Source of the DNA: an uncultured Chloroflexia bacterium
GTDB lineage: Bacteria > Chloroflexota > Limnocylindria > Limnocylindrales > CSP1-4
Length of the DNA: 64,000 bases
Reading direction: 5' to 3'
Assembly: GCA_963752475.1 (NCBI GenBank)
Contig: CAVVYR010000013.1
Location: 642-64,641 of the forward strand
Position 1 is the stretch's first letter. Every line of letters starts with the position of its first letter. Both the position numbers and the translations under genes were made by a program. This document shows, one piece after another, positions 19,339-28,960 of this stretch. The notes beneath the pieces were generated by a model. The model did no database searches. It saw nothing but the letters and a program-made list of their open reading frames with translations, and was not told where the DNA came from.

Positions 19339-20142
19339 CTACGCGGGTGGCGCCTCCGCGCCCTGCTCGGTCGTGACCATCTCGCCTTCCACGAAGTCGA
19401 GGTCGCCGGTGATGACCTGCTCGACCTCCTCGATGGTCGAGGTCTTGGGGTCGATGTCATCCGCTACGACCTGGCCACGGCGCAGCACGACGATGCGGTC
19501 CACGACCTGGAAGACGTGGTGGATGTTGTGGGCGATGAAGATGCAGGAGTGGCCCGAGTCGCGCGCGTTGCGCACGAACCGCAGCACGCCCTGCGTCTCG
19601 GCCACGCCCAGGTTGTTGGTGGGCTCGTCGAGGATGATGAGCTCACTGTCGAAGTGCATGGCGCGGGCGATGGCCACTGCCTGGCGCTCGCCTCCCGAGA
19701 GTGCATCGATGGGCGTCTTGGGCGGGATGTTCTTGGTGATGCCCACCTGGGTCAACAGTTCGGAAGCGACCGACTCCATCAGCTGCTTGTCCATGCGGTT
19801 GAGGATCCGCGGCCCCTTGATCGGCTCACGCCCGAGAAAGAGGTTTCGCGCGATCGACAGCTGCGTCACCAGCGCTGAATCCTGGTAGATCGTCTCGATG
19901 CCCAGACCGATGGCGTCGTTGGTCTCCTTGATCGTGATCGGCTTGCCATGCCAGTAGACCTGGCCACTGGTCAGCGGCACGGCGCCGGAGATGATCTTGA
20001 TGAGCGTGGACTTGCCGGCACCGTTGTCACCGAGGAGGCCCACGATCTCGTTGTCACTGATGGTCAGGGTGACGCCGTCGAGCGCCTGCACGCGACCGTA
20101 GTACTTGGAGATGTTCTCGAGCTTCAGCAGATCCTGGGTCAT
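19339..20142 (-). CDS. Sugar ABC transporter ATP-binding protein.
   Basis: Walker A GDNGAGKST, signature LSGGERQAVAIARA, Walker B LIILDEPT. Confidence 0.85.
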   Translation of the reverse strand: MTQDLLKLENISKYYGRVQALDGVTLTISDNEIVGLLGDNGAGKSTLIKIISGAVPLTSGQVYWHGKPITIKETNDAIGLGIETIYQDSALVTQLSIARNLFLGREPIKGPRILNRMDKQLMESVASELLTQVGITKNIPPKTPIDALSGGERQAVAIARAMHFDSELIILDEPTNNLGVAETQGVLRFVRNARDSGHSCIFIAHNIHHVFQVVDRIVVLRRGQVVADDIDPKTSTIEEVEQVITGDLDFVEGEMVTTEQGAEAPPA

Positions 20143-20144
20143 GA

Positions 20145-21188
20145 CTACACCATCGTCCGCTGGCGGCGCTGCATGTAGGCGTGCAAGGCCATCATCCCGA
20201 GGATGATCGCGCCGATGAAGATGCGGTAGGCCAGGGCTGGTACACCGGCCATGACGATGCCATTGCGCATGACGCGCAAGAGCAGGACCCCGATGACGGT
20301 GCCGATGATGGTGCCCTTGCCGCCGGTCAGCACCGTGCCGCCGATGACGGTCATGGCGATGACCTCCAGCTCATAGCTGGTGCCGCTGTTGGGGTTGGCC
20401 GAGGCGGTCCTGATGGAGCTGGTGACACCGGAGTAGGCCGCCACCATCGCGGTCAGGATGAAGAGCGAGATCTTGGTGCGCGCGACGCGCACGCCGCGGG
20501 CCGTGGCCGCCATCTGGTTGCCGCCGGCGGCCTGGATCCAGTTGCCCCACTTGGAAGCCATGAGCACATAGCCCAGGATCGACGCGAGGGCGATGAACCA
20601 GAAGAGCGACATGAACAACCGCAGGTCACCCCACGGCGTCGGTACGAAGAAGTCACCGACGAGCAGCTCGGCGAGGGGCTGGCCCTCGGACGCCCAGGTC
20701 CGCTGCGGGAAGCCCTGCGTCAGCCACAAGGCGGAGCCGCGGACCACCAGCAGCATGCCCAGGGTCACGAGGAACGAGGGGATGCCCAGCTTGGTCACGA
20801 ACAGGCCGCTGGTCAGGCCGATGAGGGCGGCCACGGCGATGGCCACGACGAACGCCAGCTCCAGCGGCAGGACGTTCTCGTTGAACAACATCCACATCAG
20901 CACCGGCGCGAAGCCGAAGACCGAGCCCACGGAGAGATCGAATTCGCCCGAGGTCATGAGCAACGTCATGGCCAAGGCGATCATGCCCAGCTCGGGCGTG
21001 AACGCCAGCAGGTTGCCGATGTTGAGCGTCGAGAGGAACGCGCTGTTCAGCAGGGTGAACGTGATGAGCGCGCCGATGAGCAGGGCGAATGGCCCAGCCT
21101 CCGGCTGGCCCATGATGTTGCGGAACCGCTCCCAGAGCCGCGCGCCAAGCGGCGTCTCGGCAGCCCCTGGTGTCGTGGCTGTGCTCAT
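20145..21188 (-). CDS. Sugar ABC transporter permease (ribose/xylose CUT2-type).
   Basis: 347-aa polytopic hydrophobic protein. Its end lies 2 bp upstream of the ATPase start. It has TGGKGTIIGTVIGVLLL-type C-terminal helices. Confidence 0.75.
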   Translation of the reverse strand: MSTATTPGAAETPLGARLWERFRNIMGQPEAGPFALLIGALITFTLLNSAFLSTLNIGNLLAFTPELGMIALAMTLLMTSGEFDLSVGSVFGFAPVLMWMLFNENVLPLELAFVVAIAVAALIGLTSGLFVTKLGIPSFLVTLGMLLVVRGSALWLTQGFPQRTWASEGQPLAELLVGDFFVPTPWGDLRLFMSLFWFIALASILGYVLMASKWGNWIQAAGGNQMAATARGVRVARTKISLFILTAMVAAYSGVTSSIRTASANPNSGTSYELEVIAMTVIGGTVLTGGKGTIIGTVIGVLLLRVMRNGIVMAGVPALAYRIFIGAIILGMMALHAYMQRRQRTMV

Positions 21189-21254
21189 ACTCCTCCACGC
21201 CGCGGCGGGCGCTCATGACCGGGCCGACAGGCCGGGATCCCTGGGGAAACAGGA

Positions 21255-21280
21255 GAGGCCGGCCTCAACGTGCCGGCCTC
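21255..21280 (-). terminator. GC-rich hairpin between the substrate-binding-protein gene and the permease gene (possible intra-operon attenuator/terminator).
   Basis: A 9-bp perfect stem (gaggccggc / gccggcctc) with an 8-nt loop. On the minus-strand transcript it is followed by UCCUGUUUCCCC. Confidence 0.35.
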
Positions 21281-21346
21281 GACCTGGTGGATGGTGCGGT
21301 CAGCGCTCGCTCGCGCGCATGTGCCAGACCGCACCGTTAGGGATGA

Positions 21347-22312
21347 CTACTGACTCAGGATGTCCAGGTACAGCGGGGCGGTGTCCGCCTCGTACAGGGC
21401 ACCCACGAGGACGTCGAAGCCGACCGGGAAGCCCGAAGCCATGGCCGAGGCCAGGCTGAGGCCGACGTAGCTGGTCAGCTGCGGGTCCTGCCACATGCCG
21501 GCGAGCACGTAGCCGTCGATGATCTCCTGAGCGGTATCGACCGAGTTGCCCCAGCCGACCACGGGGATCTCACCCGGAGCCACGCCGACCTGGTCCCACA
21601 CGCGCTTGACCGAACCGGTGACGAGGTCGCCGAGGCCGATCATGGCGTCGATGTTGTCCTTGTTGGCCGTGAGGTAGTTGACCATCTCGTCGATGACGGT
21701 GGCCTGCTCGTAGGTGGCGTCCGTGACTTCCCACGTGATGCCCAGCGGCTCGAAGACGCTGGCGATGCCGCGCTCCTCGTCCACGCCGTACGTGGCACCG
21801 GGCACCTCGACCGGCATCCACACGAAGTCACCCTCTTCGACGTAGCCGCCGTCCACGAGGAACTGCGCCCAGCGCATGCCGACGACCTCGTTGTTCGTGC
21901 CCACGTAGGCGTCGAAGCCGGCCGCGGGGTCGGGGGTGTTGATGTTGACGATGGGGATACCGGCGTCCTGGGCCTCGGCCACGAGCGCGGTCATGCTGCC
22001 GGGGTCGGGGGCTGTGGTGACGATGCCGTCAGCGCCAGCGGCGATGGCGGAGCGGACCGCCTCCTGCTGCGAGGCCACTTCGTTGCTGTGGAACGAGGTG
22101 TTGACGGCGTTGCCGGTGTCAGACGACCACCGGTTCGCGCCATCGAGGAAGTACGTCCAGACCGGGTCCGCGGGATCGCCGTGGCTGATCCAGAAGAACG
22201 TCTTGTCTTCGTCCTGGGCTGCAGCCGCGAGCGGCATTGATGCGGCGAGAATCATGGCGCCGCCGAACGCTACGAGCGAACTCTTCTTGATCATCGAGAT
22301 CGAGTCCTCCAT
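21347..22312 (-). CDS. Sugar ABC transporter periplasmic substrate-binding protein (PBP type I).
   Basis: 321 aa with a signal peptide (SSLVAFGGAMILAASMPLAAAAQ). The periplasmic-binding fold pattern shows in GADGIVTTAPDP, DAGIPIVNIN and VVGWGNS. Confidence 0.75.
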   Translation of the reverse strand: MEDSISMIKKSSLVAFGGAMILAASMPLAAAAQDEDKTFFWISHGDPADPVWTYFLDGANRWSSDTGNAVNTSFHSNEVASQQEAVRSAIAAGADGIVTTAPDPGSMTALVAEAQDAGIPIVNINTPDPAAGFDAYVGTNNEVVGMRWAQFLVDGGYVEEGDFVWMPVEVPGATYGVDEERGIASVFEPLGITWEVTDATYEQATVIDEMVNYLTANKDNIDAMIGLGDLVTGSVKRVWDQVGVAPGEIPVVGWGNSVDTAQEIIDGYVLAGMWQDPQLTSYVGLSLASAMASGFPVGFDVLVGALYEADTAPLYLDILSQ

Positions 22313-22512
22313 TCACTCAGTCCTGACGTCGCACAGGCCCTTCCTGGGTCCTGCCACGAGCGGCACCGTGTGCACGAACGAGCGATTCGTCGCGCGCACG
22401 GCCAAGCCTCCCGGGCCAGGCTGATCTCCTGCGTCAGAGTCTACGCTTGCGTGCGCGAGTGCGAAACCGTCGAGTCGCCCTAGCCGTATATGACAGGTGT
22501 ACTTGACAACGA

Positions 22513-23580
22513 CTACGACGCGATCTCGTCGAGACGCACGGTCCGTCGTTCCAGGGCCGAACGGTAGCCGGCCTCGACGAGGCGAAGGGTGCGCAGGTTG
22601 TCGTGCCCGGAGATGGTGGGCTCCCTGTCGGCTTCGATGGCGCAGAAGAGCTCATTCATCGTGGCCAGGAAGGCATCGGGGAACCACTTGCGCGTGAAGG
22701 CCGGTGCGATCCAGGCATCGGGCGCCTGTCGGGTCGTGTACTCGAGCGTGCTGTAGCCCTGGTCGGTCCAGCCGATGCGCCCGCGGGCGATGGCCTCGAG
22801 GCCCTCGATGCGATAGTGCTCGTACCAGTCGCGCGTCCAGGGGAAGCCGTCATCGAAGGCGGTCACCAGCAGCCCCGAGTCGTAGCGCAGGACGTACTGG
22901 GCGATGCTTTCGCCGGCCCACGGCTGCCCCGGGTAGCTGGCGAGGTGCGCGGTGATCTCCGCCGGCTCGCCGAAGAGGTAGCGGAACTGGTCGAGGTGAT
23001 GGATGGACATGCCCAGCAGCATCAGCCGCGGGTACTCGGCATCGTCCTTCCAGTACTCCTGCCAGGGCTGGCGCGTGCGCATGTCGATCGAGGCCGTCAC
23101 GAGCTGCCCGAAGACGCCGCGATCGAGCAGCTCGCGGCAGGCGCGGATGGCCGGGTCCCAGCGCCCGTTCTGATTCACCGCCAACTTGACGCCCGCGCGT
23201 TCGGCTGCGGCAACGATGGGCCGGGCCTCGTCGAGGGAGTTGGCCATGGGCTTCTGCAGCAGCACGTGCTTGCCGGCCTCGAGCGCGGCGATGGCGAACT
23301 CGGGGTGGCGATGCGAGGGCAACGAGATGTCGACGACGTCCACGCGCTCGTCTCGGATGACATCGAGGAAGTCGCCCGAGGCCGCGGGGATGCCGAACTC
23401 GTCGGCAGCCGCCCGGGCCGACTCGGCCGTGCGCGAGGCGATGCGCACGACGTCCCAGCCGGCCGTGCGATACGAGGGCAGGTGGCACTCGCGCACGATC
23501 TTGCCCGCCCCGATGACACCGATGCGATAGGACGTGGATGCGAGCTGCGGCGCGATGTCCAGTTCTCGTGGGTCGATCAC
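22513..23580 (-). CDS. Gfo/Idh/MocA family oxidoreductase.
   Basis: The N-terminal Rossmann motif is YRIGVIGAGKIVRECHLP. It also has the EKP-like motif LLQKPMA. The GTG start at 23578-23580 follows a GGGGA Shine-Dalgarno-like sequence. The ORF as listed extends to 23634. Confidence 0.75.
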   Translation of the reverse strand: MIDPRELDIAPQLASTSYRIGVIGAGKIVRECHLPSYRTAGWDVVRIASRTAESARAAADEFGIPAASGDFLDVIRDERVDVVDISLPSHRHPEFAIAALEAGKHVLLQKPMANSLDEARPIVAAAERAGVKLAVNQNGRWDPAIRACRELLDRGVFGQLVTASIDMRTRQPWQEYWKDDAEYPRLMLLGMSIHHLDQFRYLFGEPAEITAHLASYPGQPWAGESIAQYVLRYDSGLLVTAFDDGFPWTRDWYEHYRIEGLEAIARGRIGWTDQGYSTLEYTTRQAPDAWIAPAFTRKWFPDAFLATMNELFCAIEADREPTISGHDNLRTLRLVEAGYRSALERRTVRLDEIAS

Positions 23581-23682
23581 GTCGTTCCCCCTGCGTGCGT
23601 AGCGACCCCGGCATCGTCCCACAGCCCGACCCACGAGGAGGCGCCGCCTTCGCTACCGTGAAGGACCCATGGAGGAGGCCAG

Positions 23683-24750
23683 ATGACGGTGATGACGGCG
23701 ATCGAGCGAGTGGAGACGGTCCTGCGCGGAGGCGTGCCCGATCGCGTGCCGGTCGACTTCCACGACTTCATGGTCGCGGCGCAGCGCTCCGGCCTCCCCT
23801 TCCCCGAGTACTTCCAGGATGGCGCGGCCATGGCCGAGGGCCAGATCGCGAACTGGCGGGAGCTCGGCCACGATGTCGTGCTCGTCGAGAACGGCACGGC
23901 CGCCCTCGCCCAGGCCTGTGGCGTCGGCGTCGAGTACATGGACGACACGGCGCCGGTCTCCTTCGTGCCCGCCATCGATAGCCTCGACCGCGTGGACGAG
24001 CTGGTCATGCCCGACCCGTACACGACCGCTCCGCTGGCCGAGAACCTCAAGGCCACGCGCCTCCTGGTCAAGGAGATCGGCCGGGAGGCGTTCATCATCG
24101 GCCGGGCGGACCAGGGCCCCTTCAGCCTGGCCTCGATGATCGTGGGCATCGAGGAGTTCCTGGTGGCCACGGCCCTGCCCGGCAACGAGAAGAAGCTGGC
24201 CCGGCTCCTCGACTTCGCGGGCGAGGTCGTCGAACGCTACGCCGTGGCGCAGATGGAGCAGGGCGCGCACCTGACCTCGATCGGCGAGTCCATCGCCGGA
24301 CCCGATGTCTGCGCGCCGACCGTGTACGCCGAATGGGCCCAGACCGCCGACACCCGCCTGGTGGAGCGACTGGCCGAGCGCGACATCCGCCTCGCCTATC
24401 ACATCTGCGGCGACGCCACCCGCATCGTCGAGCGCATGGTGGCGACCGGTGCCGCGGTGCTCGAGCTCGACTACAAGTGCGACCTGCCGGCGGTGAAGCA
24501 GGCCGTGGCCGGCGAGACCACCGTGCTCGGGGTCATCGACCCCTCCGAGGTCATCGCCCGTTCAAGCCCTGAGGACGTACGTGCGGCCGTGCGGGCGGAG
24601 CTCGAGGTGCTCGCGCCCGGCGGCGGCCTCATCATCGGGCCCGGCTGTGCGCTCCCGCCCGAGACGCCGATGGAGAACCTGCACGCCTTCGTGGAGGCCG
24701 CGCACGAGTTCGGCCGCTACGAGACGGATGGACAGCTGGTCCGCTACTGA
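23683..24750 (+). CDS. Uroporphyrinogen decarboxylase (URO-D) family protein (MtaA/CmuA-like fold).
   Basis: 355 aa. The start reads ERVETVLRGGVPDRVPV, typical of URO-D-family N-termini, with YHICGD later in the sequence. There is a strong GGAGGAGG site before the ATG. Confidence 0.6.
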   Translation: MTVMTAIERVETVLRGGVPDRVPVDFHDFMVAAQRSGLPFPEYFQDGAAMAEGQIANWRELGHDVVLVENGTAALAQACGVGVEYMDDTAPVSFVPAIDSLDRVDELVMPDPYTTAPLAENLKATRLLVKEIGREAFIIGRADQGPFSLASMIVGIEEFLVATALPGNEKKLARLLDFAGEVVERYAVAQMEQGAHLTSIGESIAGPDVCAPTVYAEWAQTADTRLVERLAERDIRLAYHICGDATRIVERMVATGAAVLELDYKCDLPAVKQAVAGETTVLGVIDPSEVIARSSPEDVRAAVRAELEVLAPGGGLIIGPGCALPPETPMENLHAFVEAAHEFGRYETDGQLVRY

Positions 24751-25100
24751 GGCTCCGCGGGGGTCAGCCGGAAGACCGGGCCGGCCACCGACTTGGCGGG
24801 GTCGGCGAACGGCGGAGCCAACGACTTCGCGGCCGAGAGGCGCTCGTCGCCAGCCAGCTCGGCGGCGGTGTACTCCGCGGTCTGACCCTTGATGGTCAGC
24901 TTGCAACGGCCCGCGGCGCGCAGGTTCCGGGCCCACTGGTGCTCCTCGCCGCCCGCGGCCACGAGCACCGAGCCGTCGACCATGACCTTCTTGTTGATCA
25001 TCGCCGTGCGCTCGAGGCCGCTCTTGCGGCCGACGACCGTGATCTCGGCGAGCATGCCCATCCGCAGCATCATGCTCGCCATCCAGCCAGGCATCTCCAT
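24744..25100 (-). CDS. Deazaflavin (F420)-dependent nitroreductase-family (Ddn/DUF385-like) protein.
   Basis: 118 aa. The pattern ITVVGRKSGLERTAMI...VAAGGEEHQWARNLRAAGRCKLTIKGQ matches the TTxGRKSG...hPxWyrNL pattern I recall for this family. Confidence 0.6.
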   Translation of the reverse strand: MEMPGWMASMMLRMGMLAEITVVGRKSGLERTAMINKKVMVDGSVLVAAGGEEHQWARNLRAAGRCKLTIKGQTAEYTAAELAGDERLSAAKSLAPPFADPAKSVAGPVFRLTPAEPQ

Positions 25101-25170
25101 GGGGTCTCACCTCCGTTCTCCTTGCCTCGACGCTAGCACGTCGGGGCGGCCGAGCACGTAGAGTCGGACG

Positions 25171-26145
25171 ATGCCTACGCGTGTGATGGTCGTCGGCCGA
25201 CAGGCGGGCCTGTTCCCCGAGGGTCTGCCCGAGACCGACAGCGGTGCCGAGTACGTCATGGCCGAGTCGATGGCCGATGTCCGGGCGCACCTCGGCGACT
25301 GCGATGTCGTCTTCCAGTACGGCCGGCCGCGCGACGCGCTCTCGGCCAATTGGGCGCTGACCGACCGACTGCGCTGGGTGCACGTGGGCGGGGTGGGCGT
25401 CGACTGGGCCCTGTTCCCCGAGCTGATCGAGTCCGAGGTCGTGCTGACCAACAGCCGTGGCGTCTTCGACGTGAGCCTGCCCGAATACCTGCTCTCGCTG
25501 ATGCTGGCCTCGGTCAAGCATCTGCCGGAGACCTTCGGTGCCCAGGAGCAGCACGAGTGGCGGCACCGACTGTTGGAGCCGCTGGCCGGCGGCCGTGCGG
25601 TCATCGTCGGTGCCGGCTCCATCGGGCGTGCCTCGGCCCGACTGCTGCGGGCGGTGGGCATGGACACGATCGTCGTCGGCCGCAGCGAACGCCAGGGCGA
25701 CGACGGCGAGGGTCGCATCCACGCGGTCACCGACCTGCCCGAGCTGCTGCCGAACGCCGACTGGCTCGTCGTGCTCGTGCCGCTGACCCCGGAGACGCAC
25801 GGGCTCATCGGCCCGGCCGAGCTGGCGGCCCTCCCCCGCGGTGCGCGCTTCGCCAACATCGGCCGGGGCCCCACGGTCGACGAGGCCGCACTCATCGAGT
25901 CGCTGCGCTCCGGCCACCTCGCCGGTGCCGTACTCGACGTCTTCGAGCACGAGCCGCTGCCGCCCGAGAGCCCGCTATGGGACATGCCCGACGTCATCAT
26001 CTCGCCCCATATCGGGGGTGACGAGGCGGACACCCCGCGCGCATTCGCCGAAGCCTTCCTCTCGAACCTGCGGCGCTACCTCGCGGGCGAGCCGCTCGAG
26101 GACGTCGTCGACAAGCGACTCGGCTTCGTGCCACCCGAACGCTAG
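25171..26145 (+). CDS. D-isomer-specific 2-hydroxyacid dehydrogenase family protein.
   Basis: 324 aa. Motifs: VIVGAGSIGRASARLL, FANIGRGPTVDE, SPHIGG. Confidence 0.8.
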   Translation: MPTRVMVVGRQAGLFPEGLPETDSGAEYVMAESMADVRAHLGDCDVVFQYGRPRDALSANWALTDRLRWVHVGGVGVDWALFPELIESEVVLTNSRGVFDVSLPEYLLSLMLASVKHLPETFGAQEQHEWRHRLLEPLAGGRAVIVGAGSIGRASARLLRAVGMDTIVVGRSERQGDDGEGRIHAVTDLPELLPNADWLVVLVPLTPETHGLIGPAELAALPRGARFANIGRGPTVDEAALIESLRSGHLAGAVLDVFEHEPLPPESPLWDMPDVIISPHIGGDEADTPRAFAEAFLSNLRRYLAGEPLEDVVDKRLGFVPPER

Positions 26146-26175
26146 GAGGCAGCACTCGGAGTAGACTCCCTCGGC

Positions 26176-27105
26176 ATGTCACTCGTCGCCCTTGAAGGGC
26201 TCACCATGCGCTACCCGGGCGGCGTCACCGCGCTCGACGGGCTGACGTTGACGATCGAGCCCGGGATCGTGGGCCTCGTCGGCGCGAACGGTGCTGGCAA
26301 GTCCACGCTCATCAAGATCCTGCTCGGCCTGCTCGATGCCACCAGCGGCAGCGCTCGCGTATTCGACCTCGACGTGCGCACGCAGTCGCAGCAGATCCGC
26401 CAACTCGTCGGCTACATGCCCGAGCACGACTGCCTGCCCCCCGACATCAGCGGCAGCGACTTCGTCAACCACATGGCGCGCATGTCCGGGCTTCCCCGCG
26501 CCTCGGCCCGCGAGCGGACGGCGGAGGTGCTGCGCCACGTGGGTCTGCTCGAGGAGCGCTACCGCCCGATGGGTGGCTACTCCACGGGCATGAAGCAGCG
26601 CGTCAAGCTGGCCCAGGCGCTGGTGCACGATCCGCGACTGCTGCTGCTCGACGAGCCCACCAACGGCCTCGATCCCGCCGGCCGCGACGAGATGCTCGAC
26701 CTCATCGAGCGCACCGGCACCGAGTTCGGCATCGCCATCATCATGGCCAGCCACCTGCTGGGCGAGATCGAACGCGTGGGCCAGTACCTCGTGGCCATCG
26801 ATGCCGGCCATCTCCTGCGCGCCGCTGAGGTGCACACGTTCACGCAGAAGACAGGCACGCTCATCGTGGAGGTCGATGAGGGCCAGGACGCGCTGGCTGA
26901 GCGTCTCACGGCCGCCGGTCTGACCACGCTCGTCGACGGCGCCCACGTGCTCGTGGAGCTGCACGGCGACGAGACGCACGACCGGGTCCTGGGTGCGGTC
27001 GTGGACCTGGGCCTCGCGCTCATCAGGGTCGAGCCGCGCCGCAGCAGCCTCGAGGACCTGTTCCGCGACGACCAACGTGTCGGTGCCGGCGAGGACGCAG
27101 CGTGA
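26176..27105 (+). CDS. ABC-2-type transporter ATP-binding protein (copy 1).
   Basis: Walker A GANGAGKST, signature YSTGMKQRVKLAQA, Walker B LLLLDEPTNGLD. It has a C-terminal extension of the kind usual in DrrA-like ATPases. Confidence 0.85.
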   Translation: MSLVALEGLTMRYPGGVTALDGLTLTIEPGIVGLVGANGAGKSTLIKILLGLLDATSGSARVFDLDVRTQSQQIRQLVGYMPEHDCLPPDISGSDFVNHMARMSGLPRASARERTAEVLRHVGLLEERYRPMGGYSTGMKQRVKLAQALVHDPRLLLLDEPTNGLDPAGRDEMLDLIERTGTEFGIAIIMASHLLGEIERVGQYLVAIDAGHLLRAAEVHTFTQKTGTLIVEVDEGQDALAERLTAAGLTTLVDGAHVLVELHGDETHDRVLGAVVDLGLALIRVEPRRSSLEDLFRDDQRVGAGEDAA

Positions 27106-28037
27106 GCGCCCCGACCTTCGGCCGCGGCCCCGACGCCGGACGCGGTGGCTCCATCTACGACCTGGGCTATCGCGGCTACGAGGGTCCGCGCCTGGGCCGC
27201 CGCGGTGCCATCGCCGCCCTGTTGACGCACAGCCTGCGCACGGCCTACGGCATCGGCCGCAACGCTCGCTCCAAGGTCGTGCCCATCGGGCTCGCGGTCA
27301 TGGCCGTGCTGCCTTCGATGCTGGCGCTGGGCCTGCTCATGCTGGTCTCCACGCTGGGTGCCCCGGGCGAGGCCGTCGAGGCCGTCTCGCCCATCAAGTA
27401 CGACACGCTCTTCCCCATGATCGCCACGCTGGTGTTCCTCTTCTGCGCGGCGCAGGCACCCGAGCTCTTCGGGCGCGACCAGGGCACGGGCGTGTTACCG
27501 CTCTACTTCTCGCGCGCGGTCGGGCGACTCGACTACGCGGCAGCGCGCGTACTGGGCCTCTACCTCTCGCTCGCGGTGCTGGTGCTGGTGCCCTACCTGG
27601 TGCTCCTCATCGGCCGCGTCTTCGTCGCCACCGATCCCATCGAGGGCCTGCGCGACGAGCTCCCGAGCCTGCCCATCGCCCTCGTCGTGGGCGTGCTCAT
27701 CACCCTGCTCGTGGGCAGCCTGGCGGCCGCGGTAGCCTCGCTGACCTCGCGCCGCGCCTACTCGACCGCGGCCATCATCGGCGTCTTCCTCATCCCCAAC
27801 ATCGGTGCCGCCCTGCTCGTGGAGCTCGACACCGGCCTCATCGGCCAGATCGCCGTGCTGCTGAGCCCCGCCGACGTGCTCGACGGCGTCAACGCCTACC
27901 TCTTCGACACGCGGCCGGAGAACATCACCGTGCGCCTGGCGCGCATCGATGGCTGGGTCTACATCGTGGCCGCCGGGGCCTGGATCATCGGCTCACTGGC
28001 GGTGCTCTCCCGGCGCTATCGGACGATCGAAGCATGA
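27102..28037 (+). CDS. ABC-2-type transporter permease (copy 1).
   Basis: 311-aa polytopic membrane protein. Its start overlaps the upstream ATPase stop by 4 bp. Confidence 0.7.
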   Translation: MSAPTFGRGPDAGRGGSIYDLGYRGYEGPRLGRRGAIAALLTHSLRTAYGIGRNARSKVVPIGLAVMAVLPSMLALGLLMLVSTLGAPGEAVEAVSPIKYDTLFPMIATLVFLFCAAQAPELFGRDQGTGVLPLYFSRAVGRLDYAAARVLGLYLSLAVLVLVPYLVLLIGRVFVATDPIEGLRDELPSLPIALVVGVLITLLVGSLAAAVASLTSRRAYSTAAIIGVFLIPNIGAALLVELDTGLIGQIAVLLSPADVLDGVNAYLFDTRPENITVRLARIDGWVYIVAAGAWIIGSLAVLSRRYRTIEA

Positions 28038-28960
28038 GCGTGCAGCACGGCTCCAGCATCAGCGTCGAGCACATCAGCCGCTGGTACGGCAACGTCGTGG
28101 CCGTCAACGACATCTCCTTCGAGGTCGGCCGCGGCATCACCGGCCTGCTGGGCCCCAACGGCGCCGGCAAGACGACGCTGCTGCACATGGTCGCGGGGCT
28201 GCTGGCGCCATCGGCCGGCGAGGTGCGCATCGACGGCGAGGCCACGTGGCGCAAGCCCGGGATGTATCGCCGGGTGGGCCTGGTGCCGGAGCGCGAAGCC
28301 GTCTATCCCTACCTCACCGGCCGCGAGTTCGTGCAGCTCAACGCCCAGCTGCACCAGCTCGCCGATGCCGACCGCGCGGTGGAACGAGCCATCGACATGG
28401 TCGAGCTCGCTGATAGTGCCGATCGACGCGTGGGCACCTACTCCAAGGGTATGCGCCAGCGCATCAAGATGGCCGGGGCGCTCGTGCACGATCCCCCGGT
28501 ACTGATCCTCGACGAGCCCTTCAACGGCATGGACCCGCGCCAGCGGCTGCAGATGTTCGAGCTGCTGCGACGCATGGCCGACGACGGCCGGACGGTGCTG
28601 CTCTCCTCGCACATCCTCGAGGAGGTCGAGCGCCTGGCCGACTCGGTGCTGGTGGTCTACGCCGGGCGGCTCGCGGCCTCCGGTGACTTCCGCTCCATCC
28701 GCCGGCTGATGACCGACCGGCCACACGCTTTCAGCGTGCGCTCCTCGGATGACCGCCGGCTGGCCTCGGTGCTGCTGGCCGAGGAGTACGTCTTCGGCGT
28801 CGAGCTCGATGGCGCCGGCCTGCGTGTGCGAACGTCCGACTATGGCGAGTTCACGCGGCGCATCCCCGGCGTCGTGCAGGGGGCCGACATCCGGCTCTTC
28901 GAGCTGCGCCCCACCGACGACTCACTCGAGTCCGTCTTCGCCTACCTGGTGGGCCGATGA
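28034..28960 (+). CDS. ABC-2-type transporter ATP-binding protein (copy 2).
   Basis: The ATG at 28034 overlaps the upstream stop. Walker A GPNGAGKTT, signature YSKGMRQRIKMAGA, Walker B VLILDEPFNGMD. The listed 655-aa ORF (26993..) is an upstream read-through artefact. Confidence 0.85.
   Translation: MSVQHGSSISVEHISRWYGNVVAVNDISFEVGRGITGLLGPNGAGKTTLLHMVAGLLAPSAGEVRIDGEATWRKPGMYRRVGLVPEREAVYPYLTGREFVQLNAQLHQLADADRAVERAIDMVELADSADRRVGTYSKGMRQRIKMAGALVHDPPVLILDEPFNGMDPRQRLQMFELLRRMADDGRTVLLSSHILEEVERLADSVLVVYAGRLAASGDFRSIRRLMTDRPHAFSVRSSDDRRLASVLLAEEYVFGVELDGAGLRVRTSDYGEFTRRIPGVVQGADIRLFELRPTDDSLESVFAYLVGR

Noticed and set aside
22481-22513. AT-richer patch considered as a defined promoter/operator of the sugar ABC operon.
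   Set aside because: I could not place -35/-10 hexamers with acceptable spacing on either strand, and there is no clear palindrome. It is mentioned only as a candidate region in the island finding.
26993-28033. N-terminal 347 aa of the listed 655-aa ORF 26993..28960.
   Set aside because: This part overlaps, out of frame, the well-supported ATPase-1 and permease-1 genes and is Arg/Pro/Gly-rich. The real ATPase-2 starts at ATG 28034 with a 4-bp overlap. Similar upstream extensions were trimmed for 32544..32960 (PucR), 45532..46017 (serine hydrolase), 48983..49369 (GNAT-like gene, which overlaps serS), 35010..35780 (DUF885) and 41905..42219 (propeller protein).
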